Positions 54,971 to 64,000 of a stretch of 64,000 nt of DNA are shown here, piece by piece. A program made the translations under genes and the position numbers. The notes beneath the pieces were generated by a model. That model made no database searches, was not told the DNA's origin, and saw only the letters and a list, made by a program, of their open reading frames with translations. The DNA comes from the human T2T-CHM13v2.0 reference genome, Homo sapiens. Position 1 is the stretch's first letter. Each line of letters starts with the position of its first letter. The stretch lies in the NCBI RefSeq assembly GCF_009914755.1, contig NC_060928.1; one strand, written 5' to 3'.

Positions 54971-55869
54971 TATTTGTGATGTGGGAGGGATATGAATTTT
55001 TTGTGGGCAGAGTGAAATTAGGCCAGATTGTTTGCAGAATGGCTGCTAAAATTCCTTTCGCAGTAGCCATGATCCTTGGTAGTTCACTCCTACAGTGACT
55101 TGGGAATGTGACTTATTTGTATTCGCATGTGACTTACTTCAGCAAATGGGACATTAGCAAACTTGACTTAGCAGTGATTGTGAGTTGAAAATCGATCTTT
55201 TCCTAACCATTGATCTCTTTATCCTCTGTGTAAAGAAGTTATGGCCAGCCTGTTTGATGAGTAAAACTTAGCCAGCCACCACTGTTTCCCTACATGCCCC
55301 TGCCAACCACTAGACATCTGAGTGAGGCTCTGCTAGGACACTGAGTTGCCAGCCACTCTCCTAACTAAATATATAAGGGACTTCTGAAGAAGTTATTTAG
55401 GTCCATCCAAGTCACGAGAACCAAACAGGCAACCCACAGAATTGTGAGTTAGTAAATGATTACTTAAAACACTAAATTTGAGGGTGGCTTGTGATGCAGA
55501 ATAAGTTAACATGTTGTCTAAAACTCTTATCATATGATATTTCAATTACCTGTTGGGGGTCTGTACCTATTACTCTACTATTATCACCATGCTGCAACAG
55601 ACCATGTCTTAGTCACCACTATATTTCTAGCACCTTATATAATGTCTGGGAGATAATTGGGAAGGGAAATGTAATGAACTCTATTGCCCCTGAAAAATTT
55701 AAAACTGATTGTGTGACTTCCCTATTGAAAATTCTATAATATTTAAGCATGTATAAGGAGGAATTTAATAAATATTTATAAATGCAAGTTAAGCTTATAG
55801 CATGCCTTTTAAAACAAATTAATAATTCTTCATCTTTGTGTTCCCCAGCTATAAAATTCTTATAAAATT

Positions 55870-56420
55870 AATGCATTAATGAATTCATAAAAAATTTATT
55901 AACACTTATATCAGGCATAAAATATGCCAACATTCTAACAAGGGAAACAGGGCTGAAAACAAAGGCAAATACAAACACAAAAATAAGAATTATCACCAAT
56001 GCAATAATGAACATACATATTGGGTACATTAACTAGTACAAAAGAGAATATCCCATGTAAGAGGCTGTGTAAGGAAGCACTTCAATGCTGCAGGATGAGG
56101 CTGTAATTGTCAGGAAGAAAAGGGAAGGGAGTCACTTTCCTGGCAAAAGAAACACCATGAATAGAACAGAGTGACAGGAAGCTGCAGGGCACATGGAGGT
56201 GTAAGATGTTTCCTACCTTTTGACTGTAGGGGATGAAGGGTCAAGTGCAGCAAGAGAAATGAAGCAAGGATTGGTTATGACAAACTCTGCTCCCAACAAC
56301 AAGCATCTTAGGAATTCTCCAAAAGGCTTTCTAAAAGGCATTGGGAATACTCAGAGGGTAACAAGCAGAGGTGAGCAATGATAAAATGTGTGTGTTAGAT
56401 CAAATAGTCCCAAAGTGGTA
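55870..56420 (-). mobile_element. L2 fragment
   Basis: 'tcataaaaaatttattaacacttatatcaggca' resembles an antisense L2 3' end, followed by purine-rich L2-like sequence. Confidence 0.5.
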
Positions 56421-58940
56421 AAATATGACAATGGTCAGTTTTTTTTTAATCCAACCAATGCTAGAACACATGGGAGAAATACTACAGCTTTTGTTGCCTG
56501 TTCTGAATGAGAAACAAAGAAGAAAACTTTGTATGCATGCCCATCAATTCAGTGTTGCTCATCTTGTAATCTAAGTTCCTTGGGAGAAAACGTGGCAGTT
56601 TTGTTGATGAATTACCCTTGTCAAATGCTTAATACTATGCTGTGCATCCAGTGACTTCTCAATTCAAATTACTTGATGCTCATGAAGGAAATACTCAGTA
56701 AATGCGTATTTTAAATGCAACATGTTTTTCTGCTTACTTCCCAAGCATGAAGGGTGTTTAGATTGAATAGATTTAGAAGTTCAGTTCAGTTATAATAGAA
56801 AACTATTTATTCATTTTAAGCTGCATTTAAAAAAAGCATAATCCATCAGCCACTTAAAGGTTATTTCCAGAACTCAGACTTGAGGAAAGTTATTGTACTT
56901 TGTAGTATCATTATTTTGTTTAAACAAATAATGTTTGTTTTTACTCTCTTCCATTTTGTATTTTTTTCTCCTTAAAAATTCAGTCTTGGATATGCTGAGT
57001 GAAATCAGTAATTTAGTAAAACTGGGAGGTTGAATGAAGGAAGTATTGGAAGGTCTCGTTGGCTGCAGCTGGATAGAAAGAGTAGTTGCCTTCCCACCTG
57101 TGATGAATGACCACCCTCAGACACAGAGGACTGATTTCAAAACGAGGGCTGCAAACCCTATCTCCATGAACAGGATTCACTAGCCATTAATAATAATGTT
57201 TTCAAATGGATACCACTGCTAAATGGGCCCTCAAATGCCACTTTTCCTTTCTTGAAAAAGCATTTATTATTTTTTCCTCTTTCAACTTAATAAAGCTAAG
57301 CTCAAAAGAATCACATTGAATGACATTGTCTGAAGCATTGTTATATATGGCCAGTTAACAGATAAATTGACATATCTCAGATAAAATGCTACCATTTTAG
57401 GGACAGCCTTATACTTACCAACTGTCCATGTATGTACTTCCAATATTGCAAGGCAGGAAGGGGTAGTGAAATCCTTGGGTAAACAGGAAGAAAACATTTG
57501 TATGACCAGGGTTGGGACCTGTAAGGAGAAGAGTGAAGTCTTGGTCGGATTAAAAACAATGGTGGCTGCAGACAAAGGTGTCAGAAGTGCTGGGGTTGAT
57601 ACAGATTTCTTGATGTGAGGGACTAATGGTGAGCCTTCTGGTCACCTCCCTCACTTTGTTTAAAAAAAAAAAAAAAGAGCTGCTGGCATTGAATCTTAGA
57701 GACAGGCTGAAGAAAATCTAATTTTCTCTGAGGTAGCTGAATATCAGTGTATTAAAAAAAGGAAATTATTTTACATCCCTTGACAGCTATTATGCTTACT
57801 GTACTGAGCATGCTCAGAACATAGGTGAAGAAATACATCTGAGACTTGGAAGCCACATCTGGCAAGTTCACGTCTCAGACTTTTAACTTAGATTCTTTCA
57901 CTGGATCATTACGTTTCTCTTTGCTACTGAATCATCATTTAATTTAACAAGGTCCCTATGTCAGTGCAGAATTTTTTAGACCAGATATTAATCTTGGGCC
58001 TATGAATCATGAATAATTTTTGAAAATCTGGGTAGCAGAGTGGGATATGGGAATTGTCCAGTCAGGTTTCAATAAAAAATTTCTTCCTGGAAACAAACAA
58101 CAAAATGTGCATACCTATAAGAAAACAAAACAAAAAAATAGGAAGAATACAATAAAAAAGAAAAATAATATGTAATACATTGTGACATTCACATATGGTT
58201 TCTCTTTTAAAAAATTACAGAGTGCCATGAAATATTTGTTTATAATTAAACGAGGAATAATTACCACCACTCTTAGGATACTTTATAATAACAGTTTCAA
58301 ATTGGGAAACTAAACTTTGTTGTCCATTATTATTACGATTGTGTATCTTTGTTTAGATTAAGCCTGGCTTTTTGACTGGAAAATTAAAGAAAAGGAAGTA
58401 TTTTTGAGCTTATGTATCTTCTGCTTTTTAACTCTATTTACAAATATGATAAAACACAAATTCTACCAATTTTTCTTACAAGGAAAGATATTTGAAGTGG
58501 AGGTATCTCTGCTCCATCCATCCAGAAAATACATCATGTGGTGTAGAATATTTTTGTGAGAACAAGGCTCAATTTTAACATCTTTGAGTATAACAAAACT
58601 TTGAATATACCTCTTAAAAAGCCTGGTGGTAAAGCATGCTACAAGATTACTTATCCTCTTCAAAAAAAGAAAACCCTCTGTTAAAGTGAAGCCCTAGATA
58701 TGACCAACACATATGTGGGTTCGAGTAGAAGGAGAGAATGAAAGTGGAGACCTTTGTCAAATTGCATCATTTAAGAAGTGCTGACATTTTCTTTACACCC
58801 AAACAGGTCAAGTAGGTTAAGGAGGAAATGGTGCTTAAGGAATTTCACATCTGTGAGTAAAACTACAGATGCTCCTCTCTATAGCAAGTTTCTGGTTTAA
58901 TGTTCTGTTTTTGGTAAATATTTGTCAAATAAGTGAATAA

Positions 58941-59312
<372 letters not shown>

Positions 59313-61342
59313 TTAATTTGCTATTATTTTCTAAAAATTTGTGCATCTATTTTCATGAGGGTTATTGGTATGTTATGTTCCTTATCAGGTTCCACTACTA
59401 GGTTTATGCTAGCCTCTTAAAATGAGTTGAGGACCTTTCCTTCCTCTATGTTCTGAAGGAGCAAGAAAGGCATGATTTTGTTTGTTTTATAGAAGTCCCC
59501 ATTAAAACCATATGGGCCTGGAGTTTTCTTTGTGGGAAGGTTTTTGAAAACAAATTATCTTTAGTAGTTGTAAAGTTATTCAGATATTCTTGTGTCAATT
59601 TTTGTAAGTTTTATTTTTCATTTCATCTAAATGATCAAATTTGGTGGCAAAACTGTGTTCATGATATTGCCTTAAACTGATTTTAATATTTGTAGGATTC
59701 ATAAAATTCCACTTTCTTAATATCTGTAATTTGTGTTTCTTCTCTCTCTTTTTGATAAATCTATCCAAAGGTTGGTCTAATTTATTGATCTTTTCAAATA
59801 ACCAATTTTGAGATTTGTTCATTTTTTCTATTGCTAGTTTTCTATGTCATTAGTTTCTACTTTTTATTTCCTTCAATTTACTTTGGTCACTAATATACTG
59901 TATTCGTTTTCTAATCCTTTAAAGACATAAATATTTTGGTGAGCACTGCTTTCACTGCCCAAGAAAATTTTGGTATGTTGTGTTTTTATTTTCATTTAGT
60001 TTAGAAAAATTAAATATATTTAATTTCTTTTTTGATCCATGGATTTTGTAGAAGTTGTTTAATTTCCAAAGATGTGGGGTTTCTTAGAGCTTGGATTGCC
60101 ATTGATTTCTAATTTTATTCCACTGTGATCAGTGAATATATCCTGCATAATTTTTATACTCTTTTAGTCTCTGGAGACTCTTCTTGGCCCAATATATGAC
60201 CTGTCTTGGTGAAATTACCATGTGCACTTGCAAAAAATGAGCATTCTTTGTTATTGGGTGTACAGTTCTACAAATATCAATTAGGTCAACATGGTTAACA
60301 ATGTTCAGATCTTCTATATCTTTCCTAATTTTTTGTGTAGTTCTATCAATTTCTGAAGAGTATCAATAAAATCTGTAATTCTTAATATGAATTTATCTAT
60401 TTATTTAACTTCTGTCAATTTTGCCTCATGAACTTTCAATTTCTATTAGATATATACTCATTTAAAATTACATTTTTATAAATTACTATTTTTATCATTA
60501 TGAAGTATTTCTCTTCATCTTTGGTAATAATCTTAACTTGATATTTTTCACTGTATCTCATTTTGCTATACATATTCTGACCTCCTCCAGCTTACTGTTT
60601 GTATGGTATATCTTTTCCCATCAATTTATTTCCAATATATGTATGTGTTTACACAGAGCAACTATGTGCTAGAGACCAAAAAAATCTGTTTTCTTTTATC
60701 CGAAAATGTCTTTTATCTGCTTTCATTTTTTAAAACTATTTTCACAAGGGTATAGATTAGATTTTAGGTTCATAACTTTTCTTCCAGCACTTTAAAAGTA
60801 TTGGCCCACTATCTTTTGGCCTCTATTGTTTTTCATGAGAATTCTACAACCATTTGAAAGATTGTTATTTTGCAGTGTCATTTTTAATGATGCTCTTAAT
60901 GTGTCATTTTCTCTGATGTCTTTTAAAATTTTCTCTTCATCATTGTTTTTCAGAAGTTTGATTATAATGTGACTAGTTATTATTTATTCTGTTTGATGTT
61001 TGTGGAAATTCTTGAATGTGTAAATGCCTATCATTCACCAAATTTTGGGATTTTTGGCTCTCATTTCTCCAAAAAATGTTTCATGCTTTATTCTTTACTG
61101 CTTTTCCTTTGGGGACTCCAATCGCATCTCAGTGACTAATATTTCTTACCAGTCAGTGAAGAGCTTTTAAATCTTTTATTTTTAAACTCTTTTTTCTGTA
61201 TCCTTTTCAGATTGAATAATTTCTATTGGTGTATCATCAAATGTTCACAAGCTTTCCTTTGTTATCTTTATTCCTCTAATAAATTAATTATTTGAATATT
61301 TTATTTTTGTTATATTTTTCAGTTTAAGAAATTTGATGTTTC

Positions 61343-61613
61343 TTTTTTTTGTTGTTGTACTTTAAGTTCTGGGATACATGTGCAGAATGTGCAGGTTTGT
61401 TACATAGTATATACGTGTGCCATGGTGGTCTGCTGCACCCATCAACCCGTCATCTACCTTAGGTATTTCTCCTCATGCTATCCCTCCCCTAGAACCCCAC
61501 CCCCAGGCCCTGGTGTGTGATGTTCTCCTGCTCTGTCCATGTGTTCTCATTGTTCAACTCCCACTTATGAGTGAGAACATGCGGTGTTTGGTTTTCTGTT
61601 CTTGTGTTAGTTT
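61343..61613 (-). mobile_element. L1PA7/8-like 3' end
   Basis: 'tactttaagttctgggatacatgtgcagaatgtgcagg...cccacttatgagtgagaacatgcggtgtttggttttctgttc'. Confidence 0.9.
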
Positions 61614-62816
61614 TCTGTGTATATTTCCTACTTTTAGTTCCCTGCAATTATAGTTTCTTTTATGTCCTTATGGCATTGTTGTAATAATTGCTTTTAACTC
61701 CCTGTTCTAACATCTGGATCATCTTGGGTCATTGTTAGTTGTCTTTTCTGTTGAGAATGGGTTGTGTTTTCTTATTTCTTTGTAAGCTGATTAACTTGAA
61801 CTTGTTAATGTTAACTTGTGAAGACTTTGGGTTCCATTATATCCCTCAAGAAGTGTTAACTATTTTTTGTTTGTTTCAGCAATTAACTAGGTTGTTTTTT
61901 GCAAACTCTCTCTTGGTCAGTAATATGTATCTCAGTTCAGTTCTTCCAGCTTTATCTGTAGTGCTTGGGGTCTGCCGCACACATGATGCCGCACACATAA
62001 ATAGTTTAGGTGTAAGCCAAGAGTTTAGGCTTTGTTTACAGAATTTGGAGCTTCCTCTCTCTGCCTTTCTTCTTTCTGGGACCTGCCTTTGATCTTTCAA
62101 TGGCTGTGATTGTCCCAAACTCTGTCTTCTGGTTCTTTAGCTCAGAAGTTTGGTAGGTTTTCTATCACATTTTTAAACACCTTACCAGGCACAGGCTGTG
62201 AAGGTCCCTCAGTGTAGAAGCCCCCTAAAAGGAAAATATGTCCCATGCTGCTCCCTTTTTCCAAGTACTGACTCCCCATCCCAAATTTGCTGCTTCTTCC
62301 CCCTCCTCCTCCTCATCCTCCTTTTTTAAAATTTCCTCTCTAGTAACTTCTGTAGTTGTTTTTATAATTACTCCAGAATGTATAGTTGTTTCCTGAGAAG
62401 GATCAGCCTAGTATGAGTTTACTTGACCATTATTGGAAGTGGAATACACATGATTGATATTTGAGCACAAATTATATTTTCTTTATAGAGAAAAGGGAGG
62501 CCTGTCTTTAAACAAATATTTTGGGAAGCATTTGACTATCACCTGAACTCCTTGGCAGAATTTTTGGCTAAATATTGTAGTAAACCTGTTAATTCCAGGT
62601 TCTTACAGTCACCATTATGAATACTCCTGAAAAACTATGGTACCGTGGCTAAGCTGCCATTTCAGACAAAGATATTGGAGGTAGGAGAACCATAGGTATT
62701 TTGCTATATTGTATGAAGTGCTTCAGTAGACTGGAATTGAAAGTAAACAACTATTCCAGATCAAAATATAAAGACATCTGAATACACATGGAAGAATTAT
62801 CATGTTGAAGATCACT

Positions 62817-63170
62817 TGTGTCAGGCAGCTAGTACTCACCAACTATCTATAAATTCCCCACATTTCTCAGCCTCCCTTGCAGTTTTGTTGGGTTTACATG
62901 ACTAATTCTGGACTGTGCATTGTAAGCGCAATGACATCTATCTCTTCTGAGCTAAGGCATTTTAGAGTTAGTGAGCTGCCTCTACCGTTCTCTCCCACTT
63001 CCATGGAAACCTCAGTGACCACATGCTCTGCATGGCATAGTATTTCTATTGAAGAGGGTCGCCTGGCCTTTGACACACTTGACAGGAGCAGGAATTAAGA
63101 CCTTATTTTATTAAGCTACTCATTTTGGCGCTGCTCTGTTGTGTCAGCTATTTTTAAATACCTGAATATA
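62817..63170 (+). mobile_element. MLT1J-like MaLR LTR
   Basis: 'cacatttctcagcctcccttgcagt...catgactaattctgg...tcttctgagctaaggca...ttattaagctact'. Confidence 0.7.
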
Positions 63171-64000
63171 TGACTCTACCGTTTAAATTTCTATTCAAAT
63201 ATGATTTACAAGTTTTTATTAAAATTGCCCTTGGAAAATTTACTGAAAGTTTACTTGTCTTTAATTGCAGGATTTTAAAATTTGTATGTAGTGCCTTTTT
63301 CTCCCTAAGAGTAGTCAATTTTTACTCTCAAAAAATATGAAATATTTTTATGCTTGGAGTTCAGAATAAAAGATATTTCCAATGGAATAAAATAAATGTA
63401 TATATCTTTATTAGATAATTGAATTATTTAATTTGGTCATAGCAGGGAAGTTTTCAAAAGTCCTTATGCACAAATTGAAGATATTAGATTATTAAAGCGT
63501 TGATGGCCTCTAGAGCAATGCTGTAAACATGTATGTTTGCTCTACTTTGATACTTTCAGTCACCAAGTTATTCAGTCATAGGATAAATGATAAAGTCTTA
63601 ATTTCCAAATATTGCTGCAATAATGCAAACTCTGTGATGCCACAGGCATAACTTTTTGGAATTCTTCAGCTTGAGTCTAAATGTGAATATCACACATTTT
63701 GACCTAGGTATATATAATTTTGGCAAAACCACTCTCCCATTATACCTCTAATTCGGTTTCACCTGCTTCTCTTCTCCAGTCCAGCTGGGGTGTCATGCTT
63801 GACGGAGCCCTGCCCCTACTGCCATTGCCATTGGTTTGCAGATATTTATCCTCAGAGGTCTTCTCTTCTCATGCCATTTTGACACCCTGCTCAAGAGCAT
63901 TGAAAACTTACTAGATGGAGCCAGGACCTCTTGACATCTTAACTGAAAGGACTCACTAAGCTCTTTCTTAAATGAAGATGAAAATTAAATAAATCATACA

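Larger units (their letters stand above)
51972..55511 (+). mobile_element. Near full-length MLT1 (G-like) MaLR element: LTR (~51972-52416), internal region, LTR (~55018-55511)
   Basis: Two related LTRs share 'gacttac..gcaaatgg.acatt.gcaaacttga' and 3' ends ('cagaat.gtgag.ta...aaatg...ttt.g.gggtg..ttg'). Between them is MaLR-internal-like sequence beginning 'gaaagtgatacctaga'. Confidence 0.72.

Overview
This is AT-rich, CpG-poor primate (human-like) genomic DNA, intergenic or intronic. It has no recognisable cellular protein-coding exon, RNA gene, CpG island or CRISPR array, and much of it is interspersed repeat. The centrepiece is a ~15 kb cluster of endogenous retroviruses. It contains a complete two-LTR HERV-H provirus (30154-36115, minus strand, LTR7, 5-bp TSD AGAAT, perfect 18-nt tRNA-His PBS, decayed gag/pro/pol, deleted env). 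About 490 bp away lies an older MER4-group provirus in the same orientation (36605-45247), which carries two Alus and a nested antisense solo LTR. A near full-length ancient MLT1 (MaLR) element with nested L1 and Tigger insertions lies at ~51972-55511. The rest is Alu, L1, L2, MIR, MaLR/ERVL solo LTRs, small DNA transposons and microsatellites. Repeat subfamily names come from recalled consensus sequences, not a database search, and boundaries of old repeats are approximate. I found no convincing evidence of an undescribed biological system. The best leads are the regulatory potential of the HERV-H and several insertion-history oddities.
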